From the NCBI GenBank assembly GCA_951406725.2, contig OX597831.1:8680001-8744000 (forward strand): a stretch of 64,000 bases of DNA. The letters are read 5' to 3'. Below are positions 26,548 to 38,300 of the stretch, one piece after another. The position numbers and the translations under genes were made by a program. The DNA is from Octopus vulgaris. Taxonomy: Eukaryota. The notes under the pieces are model-generated. The model made no database searches and was not told the DNA's origin. It worked only from the letters and a program-made list of their open reading frames with translations. Numbering within the stretch: the first letter of the stretch is position 1; each line of letters begins with the position of its first letter.

Positions 26548-27794
26548 CACACACACACACTTTCTGTTCGTTATTCTACTCCGAGTATAGCGCTTCAGCA
26601 ACTCCCCAACAAATCTTCTAATGCTTTTACGTTTCAAATAAAGAAACAGATCGTCGAACCAAATGAGGGAGTCTCAAATAGTCCCTTGAATTAGCTGAGT
26701 TGCAAGCATCCGGGCTAGGACTCCTGTTTGAAGATCAACTTATTTCCCCCAACTACATCCGGAAGCTGTGAAGGAGGTCAAGACTTGCTCCTTCCTCCTC
26801 TGACATAAAAAAAAAACAAAACAAAACAAGATAGAATGTACAGACAAACAAACATATAGTAATGAAGTCGAAATTGAATAAAACAACAATTTTGTTTGGC
26901 AAATGTTTACAAATCAACAAAAACAAATCTAATAAAATACGGAAGGAAAAAAAAAAACAGAAAGCGAAGTCAAGATACCTATCACTTCAGTTCACGGCTG
27001 ATTACTTGGAAGAGTTTTAATATAAACTAATTCGCCCCCACCCATCCCCTTCGTAAAATTCTCAGATAATAGAAGCAAAGATTTCTCTCATTAACGTTAC
27101 GGAGTTTTGCATCTCCTTTGCATTTAGTTGACTTTTGTGAACTTTATTTTTATTTGATCGATTGTAAAAGCAATTTTAAAAGCAGCAATTAAAGAAAAAG
27201 AGTGTTTCTTCCGCACACTTACACACAAGTCGCTGAAGTCACCAACGAACAAGTAGTAGCTATACTAGCGTTCAATTTAGTTTTTTGCTTGTCTTATAGT
27301 TGGCTTTTGTTTTACGTTTTGTATTTTTAAAAAGCCATTTGCTAGTTATCGCTAATTGAGAAGCAGAGACTAAATAAATCGACTATTTTTCCATCAGAAT
27401 CTTTTACGAAGAGAAACTCTGTTTCTGTCGTCGATATTAAAGACAAACTCATTTAGTAATTTATGGCCACCATCTTGTTTAAAACAACAACAGCAACAAC
27501 AACAGAAGCAGCAACAAAAATAACAACATGAAAAACCGAGCAACTTATCTGTCGAAACATTTTAAAGTTTCTCATTGAAATAGCAATCGAATGGCGCGGC
27601 GAGCGCTGTATGGAAAGAAAAGAAGCTAGGAGGTCCAAACCACGGTTTCGATCTCCCATAGCAGTAATTTGAAGTGTTTTTTTTTGAAAATATATAATGA
27701 ATGATAGAATATCTCATTTCTTTTCCATTTGTTTCTGATTTAGACACAAAGCCAGCAATTTTCGGTGAGGAGATTACGTCTGTATGTATGTATA

Positions 27795-28006
27795 CGAGGG
27801 TGTGCTGAAAAGTTTCTGGTTTTAAGGGTCTCACGAAAGGCCTGGCTGGAGGCCCAACCTTCCGAGTTCTCTTACAGGGCTTAGAAAAACCAAAGGACCA
27901 CCGCAATAAGTGTGTCAATCTGAGAGAGGAATGCGTTGAATAAAATCACAACCCATCCTCCTGTATTTTATTATACCCAAACCCAGGGACTTTCCTGCAC
28001 ACTCTC

Positions 28007-28007
<1 letters not shown>
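27795..28007 (+). mobile_element. Mariner-derived MITE
   Basis: TA|CGAGGGTGTGCTGAAAAGTTTCTGG ... CCAGGGACTTTCCTGCACACTCTCG|TA imperfect TIRs with TA TSD. The interior encodes GLEKPKDHRNKCVNLREECVE*, resembling a mariner transposase C-terminus. Confidence 0.8.
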
Positions 28008-28059
<52 letters not shown>

Positions 28060-28062
<3 letters not shown>

Positions 28063-28379
28063 AATATTATTAGAGACAAAACCACTATTTTGCAAAACAA
28101 ACAAGGAAAGACTTAATCAATACATAAAAATTTTAATAAATAGTCAAAAAAACCGCCACTACAATTGTTTCTTGTCTTGATCGACAATCTTCAGGTGGAC
28201 TTCCAATAAGTCAGTTTCTTGAAACTGACTTATTGGAAGTCCACCTGAAGATTGTCGATCAAGACAAGAAACAATTGTAGTGGCGGTTTTTTTGACTATT
28301 TATTAAAATTTTTATGTATTGATTAAGTCTTTCCTTGTTTGTTTTGCAAAATAGTGGTTTTGTCTCTAATAATATTTAT
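28060..28379. repeat. Perfect palindrome: 159-bp arms with a 2-nt spacer (inverted Penelope-like pseudo-LTR)
   Basis: 28060-28218 is the reverse complement of 28221-28379. The right arm continues to ~28452 (TTCCCTAA end). (TA)n lies on both sides. Confidence 0.93.
28241..28283 (+). ncRNA. Minimal type I hammerhead ribozyme with intact core (mirror copy on the minus strand at 28156-28198)
   Basis: CCAC-CTGAAGA-TTGTC-gatcaa-GACAA-GAAAC-AATT-GTA-GTGG. Stem I is CCAC/GTGG, stem II is TTGTC/GACAA, stem III is palindromic ACAATTGT, and the cleavage triplet is GUA. Confidence 0.8.
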
Positions 28380-28455
28380 AATATTTTACTATAAAATTGG
28401 ATTTAATCCTAAATCTGATTTTTTCCCTGTAAATTTGGATTTATTCCCTAATATT

Positions 28456-28503
<48 letters not shown>

Positions 28504-28749
28504 TGTATATATATATATAAATATATGTATGTGTGTGTGTGTGTGATTTGTGCGTTGAAATATGTTCCCGACCACTACTGTTTTGTTTAGAGCTCCACGT
28601 AGATTATGATATTCCAGCCTGCTACTAGTATAGTGGTTAAGTAACAGCTATAGTTAGTAGTATTATTACTAGTTATAAAATACAGACCGTATGTAGGACA
28701 AATTAGAACAAACACAACCCTTCTTTTATTAGTTTCACTATTATTATAT

Positions 28750-28886
28750 TCTGCCGAGGTCGACTTTGCCGCTAGCCCTTTCAGGGTCGATAAAATAAGT
28801 ACCAATGGATTAGTGGGATGGATGTGATCGACTATCCCCCTCCTCCAGATATTTCAGGCCTTGTGCCTACAATAGAAAGGATTATT
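28750..28886 (+). mobile_element. SINE family 1 (tail B), 5'-truncated
   Basis: GCCGAGGTCGACTTTGCC...GGGTCGATAAAATAAGTACC...GGCCTTGTGCCTACAATAGAAAGGATTATT. Confidence 0.75.
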
Positions 28887-29479
28887 AGATTCACCATTAT
28901 GGTAGCCTGAGATACTGCAAAAAGTGTTCCAAGTACATAGGGACGCTTTACCAGAACGGATCATAAGGGAAAAGCTTATCGTATTAAGTTACAAGAAGAA
29001 AACAAACAAACAAACTGCTGTGAAGAGTGAAGAGATGGCGAGGGATGAGATCCACTCATAATCCCTTAATCTTCTGCTCCATAACTTCTGATTATAATTT
29101 CTTTCTCCGTTAAATCCGAGGGAGACCTTACAACAATCTAAACGACATTTTCTCTCGGTAGTTGTTCGTCTCTTTAGCTAGTTTTAGCAAACACAGCCAC
29201 GGCCATGATGAAGCACCGCATATATATATCTTTTTACTTGTTTCGGTCATTGGGCTGCGGCCATGCTGGGGTACCACCTTGAACGGTTTAATCAAACAGA
29301 TCGACACCAGTATCTATTTTAAAAACTACCACTTCTCCTCTTTGCCACTTTTTTTTGAATATGACTGTCCTGGATCAGGGCAGAGACAGAGCTGAGGAAG
29401 AAGAAAAAGAACAACAACAACAACAATGACAAGAACAATCATCTCGGTGGCATTTGTTTACGATTCATCGATTCATTTA

Positions 29480-29682
29480 TTTTATATTTTTGGTTTCAAT
29501 CATTGCACTGCGACTATGCTGGAGCTCTGCTTTAAATAGTTTTAGTTGAACAAATCAACTTCGGTATAAATTTATTTTTAAGCCTGATACATATTCTATG
29601 ATTCTCTTTTTTTTTTTGTTCATTTTTATGGAGACAAACAAACCAGTACCGATTGTGAAGTCATATGAGGGAAAATAGTGAG

Positions 29683-29744
<62 letters not shown>

Positions 29745-29910
29745 ACACACACGCACGCGCACACATTCAGTACCCATCTACTGAATTCACCCACAAGTCA
29801 TTGTGCCGGTCCAGTAAAAAAGAAAAACACTTGCCCAAGAAGTTGTGCAGTAGGGTTGAACCAAAAACCACGTAGTTGCAATGCTAGCTTCTTAACCACA
29901 CAGCCATGTC
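29480..29910 (-). mobile_element. SINE family 2, decayed
   Basis: Head ATGGCTGTGTGGTTAAGAAGCT...GGTTCAACCC...TTGGGCAAGTGT on the minus strand; tail fragments at 29490-29590. Confidence 0.6.
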
Positions 29911-29950
29911 TATGTTTTTTAAAATGATTAGTGTGTGTGTGTGTGTGAGA

Positions 29951-29991
<41 letters not shown>

Positions 29992-30174
29992 ATGGGTGGC
30001 TAATTTGCAATTTAATTTTAAAACCTAAAGGCAAAAAAAAATGTCACTAAAGTGAACAAGGGCACTAATCATCACCAGTATTGCTAGAAATAAGAGTCAA
30101 AACAACTCAATAGCTAACAAATGCACTATCTTTATGAGCTGACAAAGGAGACAAACTCCCTATGGTCGCAGATA

Positions 30175-31451
30175 TCAGGTCATCCCATAAGTTCTGTCCG
30201 AATTTTGAATAAAGAAAGTGATCAGATGTTATATTTAATTGAAATTTAATCATCAATGTACTTTCTCTGATTATCTATTGCTTCCTTCCATCTATTTACA
30301 AGCTTTTTAATCCCATCAATGTAAAACTCTTTGGGTTTCAAAGCGAAGAACTCTGAAATGTCAGTTTCGACCTCCTCCTGGCTTGCGAAAGTTATGTCCC
30401 CCAAATGATTCTGTAAATTACGAAACAAATGGTTTGTCTGAAGGAGCAAGTTCAGGAGAATAAGGTGGATGAGGAATTTTTTCCCAACAAAGCTCTTCGA
30501 TATTCTGTGATGTGAGCTTTGCAGTGTGGGGTCGCGCATTGTCCTGATGAAACATCACTCCTTTTCGATTCACTAAAGCGGGTCTTTTTTTCTTCAAAGC
30601 TTGGTTCAAACGCTCTAATTGCTGACAGTAGACTTGAGCATTGATTGTTGCATTAGATGGTAACAATTCAAAATGAATTACTCCTTTGCAATCCCACCAG
30701 ATAGAGAGAAGAACCTATTTTCCCATGAAGTTCCCTTCTCGGTTGTGGTTGAGCTTTTTCTCTTTTACCGAGCCACTATTTACGACGTTCAACATTTCGA
30801 TAGAAGATCCATTTTTCGTCACCAGTCACAAGTCTATCCAAAAAGGGTGAAATGAGTTTGCGAGAATAGAGAAAAGAGCAGATGTCAACTCGGGATTTGA
30901 GGTTCCTTTCGGACAATTCATGAGGCACCCATTTTCCAAGTTTAGGAACCTTTCCAAGATGACGATGAACAGTTGTATGGTTTGAACTAAACTTTATTGC
31001 CAATTCTTCAACTGATAATGCAGGATTTTCTTCAAGTAATACCTCAAGGAGCTTATCATCAAACTCAACTAGACGTCCTGTTCGATCTTCATCTTCAAGG
31101 CTGAAATCTCCACTTCTGAATTTTGCAAACCATCTTCTGTAAGTTCTTTCATTCAAGCATTCTTTCCCATAAACTGAGTGTATGTTTCGAGTCGCTTCAG
31201 TTGCAGAGTTACCTTTTTTGTACTCATAAAGCATTATGTGCCTCAAATGCTCTTTAGATACTTCCATATTAGAAAGGGTTTTAATCAAAGAAATTTTAAT
31301 TCTATTATTCTGTAAAATAATATTTAATTAGTTTAAATGTTCTCAAATGCATAAAAATAATTTTAAATTCCATTAGACATTCTAAAATACTATTGAATTT
31401 CATTCAATTTTAAAAAAGGTAAAATCGGACAGAACTTATGGGATGACCTGA
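30175..31451 (-). mobile_element. Full-length mariner (DD34D) DNA transposon, 1277 bp
   Basis: Perfect 27-bp TIRs TCAGGTCATCCCATAAGTTCTGTCCGA at 30175-30201 and 31425-31451. TA TSD at 30173-74 and 31452-53. Confidence 0.95.
30246..31288 (-). pseudogene. Mariner transposase pseudogene
   Basis: N-terminal HTH, WVPHEL, LVTGDEKW, FHQDNARPH, HPPYSPELAPSD, HLFRNLQN...RWKEAIDNQRKYIDD. Broken by a stop at 30776-78 and at least two frameshifts. Confidence 0.93.
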
Positions 31452-31454
31452 TAC

Positions 31455-31516
31455 AGCCAGATCATCGATGACTTTGCGTTCTGATACTTAATGCATCTTA
31501 ACGCTCATCAGTGGCT
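31455..31516 (-). ncRNA. Degenerate hammerhead ribozyme motif
   Basis: AGCCA-CTGATGA-GCGTT..GATGC/GTATC..AACGC-AAAG-TCATCGATGA-TC-TGGCT. All three stems pair, but GAAA reads AAAG. Confidence 0.6.
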
Positions 31517-32046
31517 CTCACCATGCCTAGGGTTAAACTCATCTCACCTTGTCAGCTTATAAGATTTTCGGTGAGATCATACGCTGATTTAAAAAACGGT
31601 AAAAGTGAAAATTATAAACAATATGGGTGGCTAATTCGCAATTTTAAAACCTGTATATATTTGAGTTGTACCTCTGTGGCAAATAATTGATGTAAGAGCG
31701 AGCATTGAAAATGAAATAATTTCGTTGTAGGTGATCTGCGTTGGCTATTTAAAAACTTAAAAACAGATCGTTAAATTAGTTTCCATTTCTTTCTTTCTTG
31801 ATGTGCCATTGCACATTGCAGCCTGCTCACCGTTGTAGCGGGTTTGTATCAATGGATGGTCAAAACTTTTGTCCCTTCAAGCAATAAATACAAAACGAAT
31901 CCCATAATTTTCTTCTGCGTTTTCTGATGGTTAATATGGCGCTTCCACGATGTCAGTGTTAGGTTTCCTTTTTTAGGTACGTTAGTGTTTAATAAGGGTA
32001 GAAGTTAAAAGTATTGTACGGGCATCTGAGAAGAAAGATTATATTT

Positions 32047-32466
32047 GGCGTTGCTGCGTGGTTAAGAATCTCGCTGTGCAACCATGTGGGTTTCAGGTTC
32101 CGTCCTACTGCGCAGCACTTTGGGCAAATGTCTTCTACTATAGCCACGGGCTGACCAATGCCTGGTAAGTGCGATTGGTAGGCAGAAAATGTATGGAAAC
32201 CCGTAGCACATACACGCATATATATATATATGTGTGTACATGTGTGTTTGTGTGCGTGTGTGTGTGTTCTCGACCAATGCTTGACAACCGGCGTTGCTTT
32301 ATTTACGTCTCTGTAGTATTACGGTTCGGTAAAAGAGCTCGAAAGAATAAAAACTAGACTTAAAAGAAAAATTAAATACTGGAGATGATTTGTTCGACTA
32401 AAACCCTTCAAGGCGCTGCCCCAGTTTGGCCGCAGTCTAATGAATGAAACAAATCAAAGTCAAAAG
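32047..32466 (+). mobile_element. SINE family 2, full length
   Basis: Collinear with 11428-11830. Confidence 0.8.
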
Positions 32467-33429
32467 ATATGATGTAAAGAGATATAGAACAGATATAAGG
32501 AACCAAATTGAAGATACAATATAGCATGTATTTCGTTACGGTCTACTATTTATTACGATACAGCATACTGTATGTTACAATATATTCTACTACGTATATT
32601 AATTCATCGTGCACTTCACTATAACGACGGGGTGATAAAACTATGGGAGCCGAAGTTTGTATGTTTATTAAGAAAGAAAAAAGAGGCGATGTAGATGAAG
32701 CGCTATGTGTCATTGATGAGATATTGTTTTCATTAAATAGAACGTATTTCGTTCTTTGAGTTGATTTATAGAAACACAAGTTTGTAATTTTATGAAGGCA
32801 ATTAATGCCAGTGATAAGATAATGGTCGAACAAATAATGGGGAAAACATATTAACAGTAATAACAAGAAAAAAACATTGAAACCCATTCATACTCTGTGG
32901 AAAACGCCATCACATTTGATCCCACAACGATCGGAATATTAAATTTCAAACAATAGAAGAAAGAGAGGGAAAGGAAAAAAAAAGCAATAACAAACACAAA
33001 ACAATGAAAAATGAAAATAAAAAACAACAAAAAATAAAAGAAGAAAACTCACGACTTAATCAAGATCGATGAGGAAATAATAAGGCTCTTTGAAAAAAAA
33101 AAAAAAAGGAAAAAATCAGAAAAAAATCAAAAGATTGACGTCATGAAAGGCTTTCAATTAACGTTTGTTTATCACAGAAAGAATATTTCGCTTTGTTTAT
33201 ATTGATAATGCACCGGGAAGATTAAAGGGTTTTGTTTACTATTTTCCCCGCTAGGTAATAAAACATCGAATTGTGTCAAAGAAATATATATGATTATTTC
33301 GCCATTAGTATTTTCGTTCCTTTATGATTAATTCACTGTCTAGGGAAACTGGTTTTCGGACACCTTTAAGCCTGGGCGACAAGTAGGCTTGCACAACCTT
33401 AATACAACTATCAATATTAATTTCACATT

Positions 33430-33555
33430 TTGGCACTAGGGGATAAATCGATTAAATCGACCCAGAGTTCAGCTGGTATATATATATATATATTCGACCC
33501 GGAAAATATTGAACTCAGAACGTAAAGACGGACAAAATGCCGGAGCTCGCCAACC
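33430..33555 (-). mobile_element. SINE family 1, deleted and decayed
   Basis: TCGATTAAATCGACCCAG..CTGGTA..TTGAACTCAGAACGTAAAGACGGAC. Confidence 0.6.
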
Positions 33556-34319
33556 TAATACAGCTATTAATATTCATTTTGAACTTTGAAAAATGAATTG
33601 TCGAGCGTTAAATGTAGACGAAAATGAGTTATTTAAACACTTCATTCCCCGTTGGCTATTGATGTCTTTTTTCCACAGTTCTCAGCTCTTGGCTGTCGGG
33701 TCTTGTCAGTTTTGAATTGTCATCAATGCTTCGATAACTTCACTTTTTTCTAGGTAGAAGAGGTGGTCCATATTAGTCTGACCTCTATCATTTGATCTGT
33801 TCAGTATAAGAGACCCCACCAGAAGCTTGCACTCTGCTGACATAACTCTCTAAGGCTCTTTGAAACACACAAGCCGCCACACAACCACACGATTTTGTGG
33901 TGGCGAGACAGGATTTAGTTTAACTTTGAAGAAGACACATTTGTAACAAGACAAGAGTATTGTAGGAGTAGGAGCCGTGGACTAAGAGAAGCGGATCGGT
34001 GAGGGAAACTGAAGATGTTGGGTGAAAATCTGGTCGAAAAAGAACCGAAGTTGCTTTAGGGACAATAGAAAAGATATGAACAACAGTTTTGCAGTTATTT
34101 TAGGGTAAGCATATATGTACTAGGGGTGTTTCTGCACTTCGCCTCCAATTGCTGGAACTGATGTTTCTCCCTTCTGCGCAGCACCATCAGAGCTACCAGG
34201 GTCCACCTACCGATGTAGCCGATAAAAATCCTGCGCAACAACATGAGCTTTGTGGATTCAGATGTTACGACCCTGGGCCAGATGTTTTTTACCCTCCTCA
34301 ATGCTCGTGCCTGCCGCAT

Positions 34320-34395
34320 TACTGGTCCTCTCTCTTAAGCCAGATGTAACGGCTTACTTCTTTCTCAGCAGTTTTCGACAATTTTTCAGCAACGT
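34320..34395 (-). mobile_element. HERO-like RLE retrotransposon extreme C-terminus (putative 3' UTR extends leftwards)
   Basis: Minus translation DVAEKLSKTAEKEVSRYIWLKREDQ* parallels TVEKASHWI*LKRDN of the adjacent plus-strand fragment. Confidence 0.5.
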
Positions 34396-34850
34396 CGACG
34401 CAGGCTGGAAAGCGGAACATTTTCCTATCGAAGTCAGATGTAGAGGGTTTGTAGGACACAGCGTGAGACGACTGTTGTTATCGTTAGGCCTAACTCACCG
34501 TAAAGTCAATACCACCATGACTGATATCCAATCTACAGTGGAGAAGGCTAGCCACTGGATTTGATTAAAAAGAGACAATGAGCGATGGCTAGAAGTATAT
34601 TGAGTTCTTCATAACCAGCTGATCTAGCAAGCGGGGCCTCATATCAGTGAGGGAGGCCGGTGCGCATTGATGCCGTCGAGAGGTAGGCCCCGAAACGGCG
34701 CGCATTCTCTCCTGATGACCCCATACACTTGCTTGCTTCCGATATACGGAGCTTTTAACTGGTAGCACTTGCATGTGCAAGTTGTTTGCAAGACATCTTT
34801 CGCAGTTAGTCCAAGACACCCGAACATCGAGTGAATTCTGGTCCCGAAGC
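34394..34850 (+). mobile_element. HERO-like RLE retrotransposon 3' fragment
   Basis: DAGWKAEHFPIEVRCRGFVGHSVRRLLLSLGL...STVEKASHWI*LKRDNERW matches the remembered GW..P.EVGCRGF..EKAS.WIWLKR signature; a GC-rich UTR follows. Confidence 0.75.
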
Positions 34851-35448
34851 TGTGAATGACGAATTGTGAATTTTAAAATTGTCAATTTTAAATGATCAAA
34901 AATATTGATTTCAAATTTTGGCACAAGGCCAGTAATTTTTGCTGTTCGGCAAAAGACCTCGATAGAATGAGAAACAAACTTAAAAGCAAGTACTGGCGTC
35001 GATTTGATCGACCAAGCCTTTTATCAAGATGATGTCCAAGCATGACCACAACCCAGTGACTAAAACAAGTTAACGAAAGGGTTAACATGTCGTATCTGAT
35101 ATTTTTCTTTATGTCGCTTAGAGAAAAATGAACAGAAAAACAAAAAAAGATGACAAGATATCAGAGAAGGAACGGCTTATTTTTCGAAATTTCTTTGATG
35201 CGCTGAGAGAATATGATGTCTAATGATACTTTTCTCTAGACAGACATGATAAGAACTTGCGAACGTGAGAAATTTTCGTTAGAATTTACTGGTTATCGAT
35301 TGAACCGTCAAATTAACAAACATCAGGCTATATGTGTCACTTTGCAGAGGTCAGCAGTGACGAAGTTAGAAAAACAAGCAAATAAACGCAGTGGGATATT
35401 TGAGATTTTAAACGGAAATTGCGCGCGCGTGTGAGTGTGTGTGTGTGT

Positions 35449-35494
<46 letters not shown>

Positions 35495-35776
35495 CATTGG
35501 TAAATTTAATGCATCCATTAAAATTTTATTTGGACCCGGACTGGATAATAGTATATTAGTACCTGTTTTACAGTTGATAAATAATTTATTCACACACACG
35601 CGCGCCTACACACAAACACAGACACACACACACACAAACACAAACATATGTATATGAATGTATGCATGTATATATATATATATGTATATGTATATATTAT
35701 GTATAGATGTATGAATATATATGTAAATATATAGGAATATATGTACGTGTCTATATATACAGTCGTGTATATATAC

Positions 35777-35849
<73 letters not shown>

Positions 35850-36235
35850 GCACGAGCACAAAACAATTATGCGCGCGCGCCCGCATGAGAAGATATTATA
35901 TTTATTGTCGGAGAACGGCACATTAAAAATTTTGGATTTATCGATCATGTAAGTTAAACGACAAAAAAACCCCCCCAAAAATAAAAGAAAATGAAGTGAA
36001 ATAAATAAAACAAACGATTGAGTCTATAAAAAGGAAAATAACAGGAATATTGAATGTTAAGCACGTACAAATGGTCTGAACGGCTTTTGCGGTGATCATT
36101 TGTAGAGGATGTGTATAGCATTAAGAGAATATGCTAAATCTTGATTTTAAAGACTACGTGCGGTCGTTGTTTCGAATACTGTCGACCAGAATATACTGGT
36201 AAAAGGCAGTCGGCTGCTTTTAGATACTACTGCTG

Positions 36236-36290
<55 letters not shown>

Positions 36291-36297
36291 CTATTGT

Positions 36298-36530
36298 TTA
36301 TTTCTTTATTGCCCACAGGGGGCTAAACATAAAGGGGGCAAACAAGGACAGACAAAGGGATTAAATCCATTAACATCGACTCCAGTGTGTAACTGGTACT
36401 TCTTTGAACGACCCCGAAAGGATGAAAGGCAAAGTCGACCTCGGCGGAATTTGAACTCAGAACGTAACGGCAGACGAAATACCGCTAAACATTTCGCCCA
36501 GCATACAAACGTTTCTGCCAGCTCGCTGCC

Positions 36531-36584
<54 letters not shown>

Positions 36585-36801
36585 TTAATCTTTTCTACTC
36601 TAGGCACAAGGCCCGAAATTTTGGGGAGGGGGTCTGTCAATTAGATCGACCCCAGGACACAACTGGTACTTAATTTATCGACCCCGAAAAGATGAAAGGC
36701 AAAGTCGACCTCGGCGGAATTTGAACTCAGAACGTAACGGTAGACAAATTACCGCTAAGCATTTCGCCCGGCGTGCTAACGTTTCTGCCAGCTCACTGCC
36801 T
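36298..36801 (-). mobile_element. Two SINE family 1 copies (tail A 36298-36531, tail B 36589-36801) separated by (AAT)n
   Basis: Both have a full head and core with different tails. Confidence 0.85.
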
Positions 36802-37365
36802 TAAACAAGCATATTATTGACAATGACTTCGAAGTTTTGGACTGTTCTCCGATGGTTTAGCTGGCTGAAAATTCGAAGTCACTATCAATAATATTCTTGC
36901 TTAAAGTAATAAATTCGTACTCTACAGAAGTGTAGAGTAATCCACCAGATTAATGTAAAATCGTTTTTATTATAACTGAATATAGAGCGGCGAGCTGGCA
37001 GAATCGTTAAGCATACACAGCAAAGTGCTTAGCAGTGCTTCGTATATATTTCGTAGCTTCAGCTCATAGCTGTGGCCATGCTGAAGCACCGCCGTTTTGC
37101 TACACTGTTATTACTGAGATCCTCCTCTAATATGTGACATTTGGTGTAGAATGGAGTTTGATGTAGCTACCCTCATTTGCACCTCTTGCTGTGAGGTAGG
37201 TTCATCTGGAACTCTCGACAGGAAGAGGTTCAGCCTACATCTACTTTGTGTAGATTCCTAGGCTCTTTGGGAGCATATTAAAAAAGCTATATGTGTGTAT
37301 GTATGTATGTATGTATGTATGTATGTATGTATGTATGTATGTATGTATGTATGTATGTATGTATG

Positions 37366-37840
37366 TCAGGTCACTTTCTAGTGCTACTGGTAACATGTAA
37401 CCCAGTACAACCTGTTGCATGGTCGGGCCGTCGGCGACTAAACCGGCAACCGCACCAAGCTTGCTTGGTGAGGAGGGTGTTTATTGGACACCCTGCGGGA
37501 TGAAAAATAAAACCCGTCAAAGGGCGGAGGAACTCTTGAGAGTCAACGGCCATCCAATAAATATCTTAAGTCTGTATCATGCGCGGGGACATAGAAATAA
37601 TCGGACTGAATACCCGATCGCGCAGTTAAACCATTGGGAGTGAAGGACTCCTAACCTTTGTAAGGGCATCCTTCTAGATAGTAACTCAAGTAACTGGGAT
37701 AACTCCGACATAAACTGCGGCTCAGTGGTTACCGATGATGTTGACTTGTTTTTCTTTTCGGATTATGGCTGCTGTTGCTTAGTGAGTGGGATTAAGCTTC
37801 GTGCAATTGCCATACTCGATAACGATGAGGCAGCCACCAT
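37366..37840 (+). mobile_element. Non-autonomous retroposon embedded in (TGTA)n
   Basis: Homologue of 4338-4828 with a longer 5' end and an internal deletion. ATGT runs on both sides. Confidence 0.7.
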
Positions 37841-37920
37841 GTATGTATGTATGTATGTATGTATGTATGTATGTATGTATGTATGTATGTATGTATGTTA
37901 ACCTTGTAAGGTAAAGGTTG

Positions 37921-37964
37921 ACAGTGACTTCGAAGCTTCAGCTTCTTTGCTTTCATCAGACTGC
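37921..37964 (-). ncRNA. Degenerate hammerhead motif (family shared with 42548-42592)
   Basis: GCAGT-CTGATGA-AAGC-aaagaa-GCT-GAAG-CTTCGAA-GTC-ACTGT; GAAA reads GAAG. Confidence 0.55.
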
Positions 37965-38238
37965 GAATAAACCGAATGTGTGAAGTGGCCACTAACCTTT
38001 TATTCGTGAAAGTTAATAGATGTGTATGCTACTAAAAATTGAGTCAAATTTGAGTTTACTGTGAAATAGTTTTTTAAATTAACTTGACATAAAAAATATG
38101 AATACACACACACACACACACACATATTATATCATAATATAATATATAACACTATATATAAATGTATATATATATATATACATATATATATATAAAGATC
38201 AGAATATATATACACATATGAATACAATATAATATATA

Positions 38239-38300
<62 letters not shown>

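Noticed and set aside
34685-34725. GAAAC...CTGATGA in the HERO-like UTR as a permuted hammerhead
   Set aside because: The segments that should form stem II (GGCCCC and CCCC) are not complementary.
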